NCBI GenBank assembly: GCA_038087875.1
Contig: CM075994.1
Span: 6,016,001-6,080,000 of the forward strand
Direction of reading: 5' to 3'
DNA from: Malacoraja senta
Lineage: Eukaryota
DNA: 64,000 bases
Position numbers and translations under genes: made by a program. Positions 15,301 through 28,367 of the stretch are shown here, one piece after another (the stretch's first letter is position 1; every line of letters starts with the position of its first letter). The notes under the pieces are model-generated. The model was not told where the DNA came from. It searched no databases and saw only the letters and a program-made list of their open reading frames with translations.

Positions 15301-18300
15301 AGGTGTGGTCTCAATAGTGCTCTGTACAACTGTAGAAGGACCTTTTTGCTCCTATATTCGATTCCTCGTGTTATAAAGGCCAACATGCCATTCGCTTTCT
15401 TCACTGCCTCCTGTACCTGCATGCTTACTTTCACAGTCTGATGTACAAGGACCCCCAGGTCCCGTTGTACTTCCCCTTTTCCCAACTTGACGCCATTTAG
15501 ATAGTAATCTGCCTTCCTGTTTTTGCTACCAAAGTGAATAACCTCACATTTATCCGCATTTAACTTCATCTGCCATGCATCTGCCCACTCCCCCAACACG
15601 TCCATGTCACCCTGCATTCTCATAGCATCCTCCTCACAGTTCACACTGCCACCCAGCTTTGAGTCGTTTGCAAATTTGCTAATGTTACTGTGAATCCCTT
15701 CATCCAAACCATTGATGTATATTGTAAATAGCTGCGGTCCCAGCACCGAGCCTTGCGGTACCCCACTAGCCCCTGCCTGCCATTCTGAAAGGGACCCGTT
15801 AATCCCTACTCTTTGTTTCCTGTCTGACAACCACTTCTCTATCCATGTCAACACTCTACACCCAATACCATGTGCCCTAATTTTGCCCACTAATCTCCTA
15901 TGTGGGACCTGAAATGCTTTCTGAAAGTCCAGGTACACTACATCCACTGGCTCTCCCTTGTCCATTTTCCTAGTTATATCTTCAATTAATTCCAGAAGAT
16001 TAGTCAAGCATGATTTCCACTTCGTAAATCCATGCTGACTCGGACCGATCCTGTTACTGCTATCCAAATGTTCGGCTATCTCATCTTTTATAATTGACTC
16101 CAGCATCTTCCACACCGCCGATGTCAGGCTAACTGGTCTATAATTCCCTGTTTTCTCTCTCCCGCCTTTCTTAAAAAGTGGGATAACATTAGCTACCCTC
16201 CAATCCACAGGAACTGATCCTGAGGCTATAGAACATTGGAAAGGTATCACCAATGCATCCACGATTTCTAGAGCCACTTCCTTAAGTACCCTGGGATGCA
16301 GACCATCAGGCCCTGGGGATTTATCCGCCTTCAGTCCCATCAGTCTATCCAACACCATTTCCTGCCTAATGTCGATTTCCTTCAGTTCCTCCGTCACCCC
16401 AGATCCTCTGGCCACTACTATATCAGGAAGATTGTTTGTGTCATCCTTAGTGAAGACAGATCCAAAGTACCTGTTCAACTCATCTGCCATTTCCTTGTTC
16501 CCCATAATAAATTCACCTTTTTCGGTCTTCAAGGGTCCAACTTTGGTCTTATCTATTTTTTTTCCTCTTCACATACCTAAAGAAGTTTTTACTATCCTGC
16601 TTTATATTCTTGTCTAGCTTACCTTCGTACCTCATCTTTTCTCCCCGTATCGTCTTTTTGGTTATCTTCTGTGGTTCTTTAAACATCACCCAACACTCTT
16701 GCTTCCTGCTCATCTTTGCTACGTTGTACTTCTTCGCTTTAATGTTTATACTATCCCTGACGTCCCTTGTCAGCCATGGTCGTCCCTTTCTCCCCTTTGA
16801 ATCTTTCTTCCTCCTAGGAGTGAACTGATCCTGCACCTTCTGTATTATTCCTAGAACACCTGCCATTTATTGTTCCACTGTCATCCCTGCTAATGTATAT
16901 TTCCAGTCAACTTTGGCCAGATCCTCCCTTTTGACCCATAGTCCTCTTTATTGAATTGCAACACTGACACCTCCGATCTACTCTTCTCCATCTCCACTTG
17001 TAGATTAAACGTGACCATGTTATGGTCACTGCCTCCAAATGGATTATTAACCTCGAGGTCCTTTATCAAATCCGGTTCATTACATAACACTGAATCCAGA
17101 ATAGCGTTCTCTCTGGTAGGCTCCAATGCAAGCTTCTCTAAGAATCCATCACGAAGGCACTCTACAAAGTCCCTTTCTTGGGGTCCAGTACAAACCTGAT
17201 TTTCCCAGTCTACTTGCATGTTGAAATCTCCCATAACAACCACAGCATTACTTTTACTACATGCCAATTTTAACTCCTGATTCAACTTGCGCCCAATGTT
17301 CAGCCTACTGTTTGGGGGCCTGTAGATTAGTCCCATTAGGATCTTTTTACCCTTACAATTCCTTAGTTCTATCCATACTGACTCCACATCTCCTGTTTCA
17401 ATGTCACCCCTTGCAAGGAGCTGAATTTCATTCCTCACCAACAGAGCTACCCCACCCCCTCTTTTCACCTGTCCGTCTTTTTGATGGGAGGTATACCTTT
17501 GAATATTCCGTTTCCAGCCTTGGCCCTATTGCAGCCATGTCTCAGTAATTCCCACAACATCATACTTGCCTGTTTCTAACTGAGCCTCAAGCTCGTACAC
17601 TTTATTTCTTATACTGCGCGCATTCATATACAGCATTTTGAACTCCGTATTCACCCCCCCCCCCCCCGCGCATCGCTCGCAATTGGCCCTGACCTTACTC
17701 TGTTGTCCATTCTCGAGCTTTCCTTCCCAATAATTCGAGAATCTTTTGTATATTTCCTGTGGCCACTTCCCCTTCAACTCCATCTTTATACTCCCAGTTT
17801 GTCCAAAAAGAATGTCATTGTGCAATTGAGATAGGAGAACACGAAAATATTCGTGACACAACCATTTATATAATCCGAAGTTTAGGATTGACAGCCGAAT
17901 TTATGCGTTTACTTTTTTGGTAGCTGTATCCTGGAATTGTGCGGCATTCCGTGAGAAGTACTTGTTTTTTTTATGTTATGTTAACTTCCTGTATTTTTGG
18001 CTACCTCAAATACTCGCAAGTCACTTAAATGACTGCATTATTACAGCCAATTATTTCAGCAGTTATTAAAAAAATGTCCAAATATTAACTTTCATAACAT
18101 GGAGTTTCAAGAATATCCCTGCAGGATAGCGTGCAGTGCGCTATTTCAACAACTGTAGAATCTTTACTTATATTTAGGCATGCGTATACCAATTTCATTC
18201 TTTCGTTTAATGTTAGTGGGCGAAAAAACATTGCCTTTTCTGCAGTAACATTGTTTTTCCAAATCATTCGATGCTAAACAAAATAGATAAGCTGAAATAG

Positions 18301-21300
18301 GTGAACATACATATGAAACTATGAGGGTTTTTCCGAACAGAAAAATTGCTGAAGGAAAAAGAAAAAGGTGAGTGCATACTTGCCACCAGTAGCAATTCAT
18401 TTTTTTAACCATAAGATATTTCAACAATGTTTACTTTTGAGAGACCCGTTTGTCGCTGATTGTATGGGGAATTGCGACAATTCTTTGCCCTTCATGGATA
18501 AGGATGGTTCCTGTTAGAATATAGTGTTATAGATCCCTAAAAATATTGTGTGTTTTTACCTTTTTGGAGTGGTAACGTACAGCATATTAACTTTAGTAAG
18601 TGCATAACATCGGCAGCTAATTGACTGTGCAAAGGATCATTTTTATATTCGGAAGGAAAGCTATCTCATTCTGCTATTTATTGACATATCAAACGGACAC
18701 TATCATCTGCACAGTAAGGAAAGTTGTCAACGGAAGCAGGACGAGGATTATTAAACCTCATAGCTATCTGCATTGTAAACTTAATTAGACATTAGATTTC
18801 GCCTATGATTTATAAGAAATTTAGAATGTTTACAAGTATGTAGAGAATAATTCATTTCAATTTACTTAGCGTTCAACAAGTTGACCTTATTCTTAAACTC
18901 GTGAACAGGGCAGCCTGGAACACAAACTTAGTCACGGTCACATATTACGTGTGTTAAGACACACGTGCAAAATTCGGAAATGCTCTAATCAGCTGTAAAC
19001 CACGGTTTGACACGACAACCATTGCAACATAATCGGATTGAATGTCAAATATGTAATGCAACAGTTATATTCTGTACTGTTGTCTGTGCAGTCATTTGTA
19101 TTCAGTGGCAGATGTCTCTTGCGATTGTTGAACGCAGTCTATCAATTCAGTAGAAATAATGTCAGTTAATAGCAATGCTAATGTGGCTGTTTTACATTAA
19201 GTCGGGAAATAAACAGAAAAATAAAATGTATTAATTTTCAGAACTAAATGAAGTGTCACAAAAATTGAAGTTGAAAGGTAAGGGATAAAGCTGAGCATAC
19301 ATTAAAATTATGATATTTGCGCTCATGATTTAGTTTGTAAACAGCCAGAAATCTATACATACGAAGTTGCATAGTATATCATCGTCGAAGTGATTTATGT
19401 TTGAGGACCTCGATTTCAGGTACAGCAATCACCTCATGTTTTGACCAATTCGCGCATTCCGTTGGGAGAATCAGATAACCATCGGAATTCATTGGCAACA
19501 AGAAGAAGAAACAATTCCTCACCTCCGATTTCTTGTGGAATGAACATAAAACTGCAATTCATTAACAAAACTGATCACGTAAAACTGTGCTTTATATTCC
19601 ATTTCATGCAATGACTTGGGTGTTTTATTTCGTTTAAGGGAATTTCTTGCACTAAAATTATGTTATTTATCTTCATCACATTGTAAAAAAGATCGAAGAT
19701 TATAGCCAATGGAATTTATTAAATTATCCTCACAACACCGGCAGCTGGAAGTAGGTTGGGCCAGATGTTATCCATCTTTTGGCGGCGCCCCTGGAGGTTT
19801 ATAATTTCGTCCATGTTTCCCCGGAGGTTTTGGTGCGGTCAAACCTCTGCTGTTCCTGCTTGCTCAACTTCAGTTCAGTAAAATAGGCCATCCGAAATCA
19901 GAACAGTTGGTGAAAGCTGTTGAGGAACAAAGGTGCTAGCACGTCTGGCTCGGTAGAGATCTATATCGAGAAGTTAAAAGCAAGTTATCTTGTACCTCGA
20001 GGTTGCGATAAGCAATCCCATTTTAGTTAAGCGCAAGTGAAGGAAAGTTTCTATTTTGTTGGCACTTTGAACTTGACAAAATACCCTTGCAAGGAAAAAT
20101 TCTAGCCAGAAGAACTAAGGAATAAATTTGGAATTTCCATTTTACACGCTTTAATTTGATAACAGGTATTCAGCGTGATAATCAATTTCAAACAGTAATG
20201 GAGAATTTATGTTGGCAACATTACGTACATTCTTTAATTGCTCACATACCTGTTAATTGGCTTGATTACGTTCCTGCTTGCATGAACTGATGGGTGTGAG
20301 GAATGTTCTCAGCAAAGCTCGTTGCATTATTCAGCTAATGCACCTGGAATCGATGCTGGTATTATGAGGCGAATAGAATAATATCGTCCAAAATGCTATC
20401 TTGTGCCAGAAGGTACATAGCTGAGGAGACCGCAGATAGTTGAGGTTGACAGCGAATACCCTGGAGAATATGCTGAAATCGCCCGCCCCTCTCCTTCACA
20501 CACGGCACAGTAGCGCAACAGTAGAATTGCTGCCCTACAGCCCCAGAGTAAGGTCCAGGTATGATCCTGATACGAGTGCTGCCTGTACGGTGCCCGTTTC
20601 CTTCCACACTACAAAGGTTAATTGGGTTCTGTAAGTTGCAAATTTTCCCTAGTGTGTAGGATAGTGCTAGTGTAGGGGATGATCGCTGGTCGGCGCGGAC
20701 TCAATGGTTGGAAGAGCCTGTTTCCACGCTCTATTTCTAAAGTCTAGTCAAACAACTTAAATGTATAATTCATGTTAAATGTCCAAAGGGTGTTGGGGTG
20801 GGGGATATAAGGGATTAATATCGAGTGGTGGCTGAATGAATAAATGCGCAAATCCCCTTGGATGACTATCTACTTTGTTATTATATGGGGATAACATAAG
20901 AACACAATAAAATAGGAGCAAGAGTATGCCACTCCGTCCCTGCCATTCCATTGATCACAGCGGACTTCCTCACACCTCGACTCTCTTGCGTGCCAACTCC
21001 ATAGAACCCTTACTTTCACGATCTCTGAAAAGTATCTGCTTTTTTAGTTTAGTTCAGTTTAGTTTAGAGATGCAGCGCAGAAACAGATCCTTCCGTCCAC
21101 CGAGTCCGCGCCGACCAGTCATCCGCACATAAACACAAGCCTGCACACCAGGAACAATTTACACTTAAACCATGTGTACAAACCCGAGCCAATTAACCTA
21201 TAAACCTGTACATCTTTGTAGTGTTGGAGGAAACCGAAGATATTGGAGAAAACTCACGCGGTCACGGGAGAAGGTACAAACTCCATATAGACAGCACCCG

Positions 21301-24300
21301 TAGTCACGATCAAACCCGGATATCTGGCGCTGCAAAGGATTCAAAATGTTTCAAAGGTGTTTTATTGTCACGTGCACCAATTAAGGTACAGAGATATTCG
21401 TATTACCATACAGCTATACTAAAAAAAACACCAAGGCTGACAACTACATAAAAGTTAACATGAACATCCACCACAGCGGATTCCCCACATTCCGCACTGT
21501 GATGGAAGGCAAAAAAGTATAATCTTCTTCCCTCATTTTTCTCTCGCGGTCGGGGCAGTGGAACCATCTGCAGTAGGGGGGCGATCGATGCTCCCGCGTC
21601 GGGCTGTCGAAGTCCCTGCGGTTGGAGCTTCCAAACTCGGTCTCCAACCAGATACCGCGAGATCCACGATGTTAAAGTCCGTAGACTCCCCCTGCTGGAG
21701 CTCCGAGGTCGATCCCTGGCAAAGGGATCGCAAGCTCCACGATGTTAAGTCCCGAGAGGCTCCCGCGGTTGGAGCTCACAATTCGATCTCCAACTAAGGC
21801 CGCAAACTCCTCGATGTTAGGCCGCAGTGCGGACGGAGATACGATACGGAAAAGAATCGTATCTCCGTTGGGGTAAGAGATTTTAAAAAAGTTTCCCTCA
21901 GCCCCTACCCCCACCCCCTTCCAACATATACAAGCAAAAGAATCAACAAAGAAGGAAGGGACAGACAGACTGTTGGCGAGGCAGCCATTGCTCGCGCCAC
22001 CCATGTGTACTGAATCGCTGTGCCGCCCTGTATTCTCTTGGAATATAGTAATAATCTATTTTCACCACTGTTTCAGGTAGAGACGTCTACCGTCTCTTAA
22101 CCCTCTGCGTGCACTTTCCGAATTGGTGCAAATAGCCTTTATTGAACTGTCCACGTTTTCATTTCACAGTTGATCAACTGGAACATATAGACAAAGGTAA
22201 CTCGTTTAAACAAATTAATATTATCTTCTAAAATGTTGATGTGTTAGTTAGTGATTTGGTGTTTTTCATAGATTTAATTTTAAAACGATGTCATGTTGTA
22301 ACATATTTCCGATGCAATATATAATTGGCGTGTTCAAATATCTTTCATAACAGATTTGAAGAAGCATTTACATCTCGATGGTGAGTCTCTGAGTGATGAC
22401 CATAACAAAACGGTAGGATTTTTTTTCACTCTTTCTGACACCGAAAGGAGGTACGGGGTCCAAATGAGTGAAAATTGAGAGTTTTGATAAGGGAGAAATG
22501 AAAGGATAAGACAGCAGGGTGCTTCGCTGAGGAACTGGTGCAGGGAACGGGAATCGTTTTTTGGACATCAATTTCGGGTGTAGAGGCAACCTTTTAAAAG
22601 AGCGAGTGTTTGCTTTTGAATTGCCGGGAGACCGATGTCATTGAAGGAAGATATACCACTGCAAATCATGGGTTAGATGGGCGCAAAGGTCTAAAAGTGC
22701 AGAGAATAGGAAGATATAAAGTTGAGGGAAGAACTGTGGTCAATAGAAAACGCTCAGTGTACAGAACAGCCACAGGCACCGCGAAGATGGAAGGAGGACT
22801 AAGTGGTTTATAACTGAATTTATTCGGTGGAACACAGGATAAGACTATGACAGTGAATGGTAGTGCCCTGGGATGTGTTGCAGAGCAATGTAGATAAGTA
22901 CATAGCTCCCTGGACATGGTGTCGTAGACAGACGAGTTGTGAAGAACGCGTCTGACACACTAAACTTAATCAGAGAGGGCAATAATATCGTGAGTTAGGC
23001 GGTTACTTTGCAACTGTAGAAGGTGTTGGTGGGCCACTTCCGAATAATGATTTAATTCGTGAACAGGCTGCTAAAACAAAGGAATTGCGTTTCGTTGGTG
23101 CTGTTAACCCCAACTTACTTTCGATATTTGACATTACAGAAGAAAAGTTACGTGAGTTGAAATCAGGTAAAATCACTCAACATTAATTTGACAATGTTCA
23201 CTTGGAAATACATTTCAGGAACAGGAGAACAGACAACCTATTTTAATGATTTGCAATGTAAATGAACAACTAATATTAATTGCCATCGCGGTCAGTGGAT
23301 ATTTCCGGACCTTGCGTTGTTTCTGTGATTTATTTCAAGTTACTGACACAAAAGATCCAGGATAACGCGTTTCGTGACCTATCTCCTTGCAGTTCTCGCT
23401 ATTGTTGCAGTCACTGTAGATTGCTCAGCAATATCATACACTTTATGCTTTTGGCGGACCAATTGAATAACTACTTTGGTTCCGTCTTCACTAAGGAAGA
23501 CATAAATAATCTGCCGGAAATAGCAAGGGACCGCGGGTCAAAGGAGATGGAGGAACTGAGTGAAATCCAGGTTAGTCGGGAAGTGGTGTTGGGTAAATTG
23601 AATGGATTAAAGGCCGATAAATCACCAGGGGCTGCATCCCAGAGTACTTAAGGAAGTAGCTCCAGAAATAGTGGATGCATTAGTGATAATTTTTCAAAAC
23701 TCTTTAGATTCTGGAGTAGTTCCTGAGGATTGGAGGGTAGCAAACGTAACCCCACTTTTTAAAGAAGGGAGGGTTAGTCTAACATCGGTAGTGGGGAAAC
23801 TGCTAGAGTCACTTATTAAAGATGGGATAGCAGCACATTTGGAAAGCGGTGAAATCATTGGACAAGTCAGCATGGATTTACGAAAGGTAAATCATGTCTG
23901 ACCAATCTTAAAGAATTTTTCGAGGATGTAACTAATAGAGTGGATAGGGGAGAACCAGTGGATGTGTTGTATCTGGACTTTCAGAAGGCTTTCGACAAGG
24001 TCCCACATAAGAGATTAATATACAAACTTAAAGCACACGGTATTGGGGGTTCAGTATTGATGTGGATAGAGAACTGGCTGGCAAACAGGAAGCAAAGAAT
24101 AGGAGTAAACGGGTCCTTTTCACAATGGCAGGCAGTGACTAGTGGGGTACCACAAGGCTCAGTGCTGGGACCCCAGCTATTTACAATTTATATTAATGAA
24201 CTGGATGAGGGAATTGAAGGCATCATCTCCAAGTTTGCGGATGACACTAAGCTGGGGGGCAGTGTTAGCTGTGAGGAGGATGCTAGGAGACTGCAAGGTG

Positions 24301-27300
24301 GCTTGGATAGGCTGGGTGAGTGGGCAAATGTTTGGCAGATGCAGTATAATGTGGATAAATGTGAGGTTATCCACTTTGGTGGCAAAAACAGGAAAGCAGA
24401 CTATTATCTAAACGGTGGCCGATTAGGAAAAGGGGAGATGCAGCGAGACCTGCGTGTCTTGGTACACCAGTCATTGAAAGTAGGCATGCAGGTGCAGCAG
24501 GCAGTGAAAAAAGCGAATGGTATGTTAGCTTTCATAGCAAAAGGATTTGAGTATAGGATCAGGGAGGTTCTACTGCAGTTGTACAGGGTCTTGGTGAGAC
24601 AACACCTGGAGTATTACGTACAGTTTTGGTCTCCAGATCTGAGGAAGGACATTATAGCCATAGTGGGAGTGCAGAGAAGGTTCACCAGACTGATTCCTGG
24701 GATGTCAGGACTTTCATATGAAGAAACACTGGATAGACTCGGCTTATACTCGCTAGAATTTAGGAGATTGAGAGGGGATCTTATAGAAACTTACAAAATT
24801 CTTATGGGGTTGGACAGGCTAGATGCAGGAAGATTGTTCCCGATGTTAGGGAAGTCTAGGACAAGGTGTGACAGCTTAAGGATAAGGGGTGATCCTTTAA
24901 GACCGAGATGAGAAAAAACTGTTTCACACAGAGAGTGGTGAATCTCTGGAACTCTCTGCCACAGAGGGTAGTTGAGGCCAGTTCATTGGCTATATTTAAG
25001 AGGGAGTTAGATGTGGCCCTTGTGGCTAAAGGGATCAGGGGGTATGGAGAGAAGGCAGGTACGGGATACTGAGTTGGATGATCAGCCATGATCATATATT
25101 GAATGGCGGTGCAGGCTCGAAGGGCCGAATGGCCTACTCCTGCACCTATTTTCTATGTATCTATGTATGCCTTTGCTGCTGTTGAACCTGTCATTTTAGA
25201 TGGAGAGACTATTTGGAACATCACTCATTTCAAAGCATAGCAATATATTGTCGATATAATTTTCAAGCTGAAATTATGGCTATGGTCATGAAGGTCGCTC
25301 TATCTGTAATGTTGTAAGGACGAACAGCAAATGCTGATTTAAACCGAACAGAGACATAAAAAGCTGAAGTGACTCAGCGGGACAGTCAGCGTCTCTGGAT
25401 AGAAGGAATGAGTGACGTTTCGGGTCGAAACCTGAAGAAGGGGCGACCGGAAACGTCACTCATTCCTTCTCTCCAGAGTTGCTACCTGTCCCGTTGAGTT
25501 ACTCCAGATTTTTGTGTCTATCTTTAATGTTGTATATTTACTTGAAGCCTATCAATATGGATTTGAATTTTATATTTCGAGTTATTTAAATGCCATTAAA
25601 CTAAAATATATGTGCTGATTTTGCAACACGACCAGCCTAAATGTAAATCATGCATTCAAAAATGATCATTTGACGCAAGTTTTGGGCATTTTATTAGTTT
25701 CGTTGATTTACGGGTTTTTTAACGGGCTCGGGCATAGTTAGTTCATCGGTCACAGAAGTCAAATGTCATCTTGACTGGCCACAATAATTAGTACATTTCA
25801 ATGGGTCGACTGGGCTTGTATTCACTGGAATTTAGAAGGATGAGACTGGATCCTATAGAAACATAGCAAATTCTTAAGGGATTCGACAGGCGAGATGTAG
25901 GAAAAATGTTCCCGATGTTGGGAGTCCAGAACCAAGGGTCACAGATTAAGAATAATGTGCAGGCCATTTAGGATTGAGATGTGGATTTTTTTTTCACCCA
26001 GAGAGTTGTGAATCTGTGGATTCTCTGCCACAGAGGGCAGTGCAGACCAATCACTGGATGTTTTCAAGACTGAGTTGGATTTATCTCTTAGGCCTAACGG
26101 AATCAAGGGATATGGGGAAAAAGCTGGAACGGTTACTGATTTTGCCAAGCTCATCGTGAATCGCGGTGCTGGCTCGGGGCCGAATGGCCGAATGGCCTAT
26201 TCCTGCACCTATTTTCTCTGTTTCTTTGCCTCTAATCTGTAACCACTTGGTTTTGCTTCGCACCATACAGAATATGATGTTTAACAGCCGCAGAGCATCC
26301 CTGCCAGCGGTGCTCTTTTCTCATCTGAAACCGAGTTATATTTTCCATTTTATTTTATTATGAATAGAAAATGTATACATTTCTATTTTCAAAAAGTAAA
26401 AGTAATGAATCATCTCTAAGTAAAGTGTATTCAGTGACATCAAATGCCAATGCCTCTATGTTTTCCATTATAGACGTGTCAAAAGGTGATATCTACATAA
26501 TATGTGTCTTTATTATATCAAATCGGAATACATATTCTGGTTGACAGGTCGAGATTAATTAGAAGCCGCTGAGATAACAGACGAATAATCTAAAAATTAA
26601 ATTTGATCAATTGTACAATTTCTGTTTAAAGGATTTTGAAATATTCAATGTGTAATATGTTCGTAGAGCATGCGACATTGCAAACTATTCGCCAGGACCT
26701 TGGTAAGAAATTTACGGTGGAATACGTGCGTATATTTTCACGTTAAATGTGATTTATTTTCATTTTGTTGGCATCTCCTTTCTATTTCTGATGCAGGTAA
26801 AATTCAATCAACCCTGTAAACCGAGCTTTAGTTTATATCTTTGATGTGTTGGAAAACCAATACTGAAATCAAGAGTCAAGATTATGTCCTAAAACGTAAC
26901 AACGCAATTCTTACTTGCAGCAGCACAACAGATACGTAAACTCATCGTGTAGGAAAGAACTGCAGATTCTGGTTTAAATCGAAGATAAACAAAAAATGCT
27001 GGAGCAACAGCGGGACAGGCAGCATATCTGCGCTACTCTAGCAGTTTCTGTCTATCTTACGTAAACACAGTATTCTGTAAGCAACGTTTATCACGTAAAC
27101 AACAAAAAGATGTTCAATAGATCTGTGTTCAATTTATATATATATGGCTTTCTGGAGCGCTAGCATGGGTGTTGTGGGACGAAGGGACTGGTTTCCAAAG
27201 GGCTAGTATGGACATTCTGTTCACACACACACACATAGAGACACACACACCGGTACACACACACACTCACACAGCACCAATACTAAAATGCCAAGTTACT

Positions 27301-28299
27301 TCAGAACGTGGTAAACATACTGAATCCTGTTACTAACCATATACTCTATGTAAGAAGTTTGAAAATAAGAATACAGGTGTGTCTAAACAGAATAATTCAA
27401 ACGTTTGAAGCCATTTTTATTCTGAAACACTCCTCCACAGCTGCTGCTACAGCAAAAACGTGCTATAAATAACTATCAACAAACACACTCACCATATACA
27501 TGGCATTAAGCTCTCTTGAATTTCTCAAACGGTTCAGGGTTGCGTCTCCACTTTGGGCCTTCTGCACTCAGCGCCACCTCTCCACTAAGCGGAAATGACG
27601 CACTCAGCGCCATCTCTCCATTAAGCGGAAATGACGCACTCAGCGCCACCTCTCCACTAAGTGGAAGTCACGGAATGAGAGGCAATTTTGCATTAAACGA
27701 AGTCCTGATCTAATAAAACGTTTATTCACGCTTTTTCCTTCCAAAAACTGGTCCACACTTTTCAATAGGCACAGTTGAAAGGTGCATTTTCACAACAAAC
27801 CTGTTGCATTTGGCAAGGCAACTTTAATTTGGCAAGGCAACTTTAATTTGGCAAGGCAACTTTAATTTGGCAAGGCAACTTTAGCATTGTCAACCCAACT
27901 TTTCAATTAGGCAAGGCAACTTTTGCATTCTCAAAAACAAAAAAACACTTTTAGCAAGCATTTTCAAACCAAAAAAACACTTTTGCATTTTCAAACCACA
28001 TTAAGGGCACTCACAGTTTAGTAGACATGTGTTCAGTGTTACTCACAGCTCAGACTGAGAGACGTGACCCTCTCGCTCTCCCATCTTGCTGAGGCACACA
28101 ACACTTCCGGATTTTATAGTCCCTCCGGAAGGGGCGTGGCCTTCAGGAGAGAGAATCTCATCGATGGGAAAATCCTCTTGTCCTGCGCAGCGAAGGATGA
28201 CTCTGAGTAAGATGGCTAAAAATCACAGCCGTAAGTGGCAGCGTTTTTTCTAAAATCAATATACAGAACAACAGGAAGAGGTCAAGATCAGACTTTTAG

Positions 28300-28367
<68 letters not shown>

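Larger units (their letters stand above)
1..18730 (+). repeat. Tandem segmental triplication (units anchored at exons 315, 7016, 11733); units 1 and 3 are most similar
   Basis: Colinear similarity of 1-5110 with ~11390-18730 and, more diverged, with ~6710-10690. Confidence 0.9.
27146..28366 (-). mobile_element. Truncated non-autonomous element of the same family as the Helitron-like element at 44107, carrying minisatellites
   Basis: Reverse complement tataactaaaagtctgatcttgacctcttcc matches taaaactctgatcttgtgctcttcc at ~44281. Confidence 0.55.

Noticed and set aside
19430..19990. Minus-strand small gene or exon (MAYFTELKLSKQEQ...)
   Set aside because: Short ORFs of ~30 aa with no recognisable homology or consistent splice pattern
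26474..26485. 12-nt phase-1 exon candidate (DVSK)
   Set aside because: Weak donor, size class not otherwise seen, no counterpart in homologous modules
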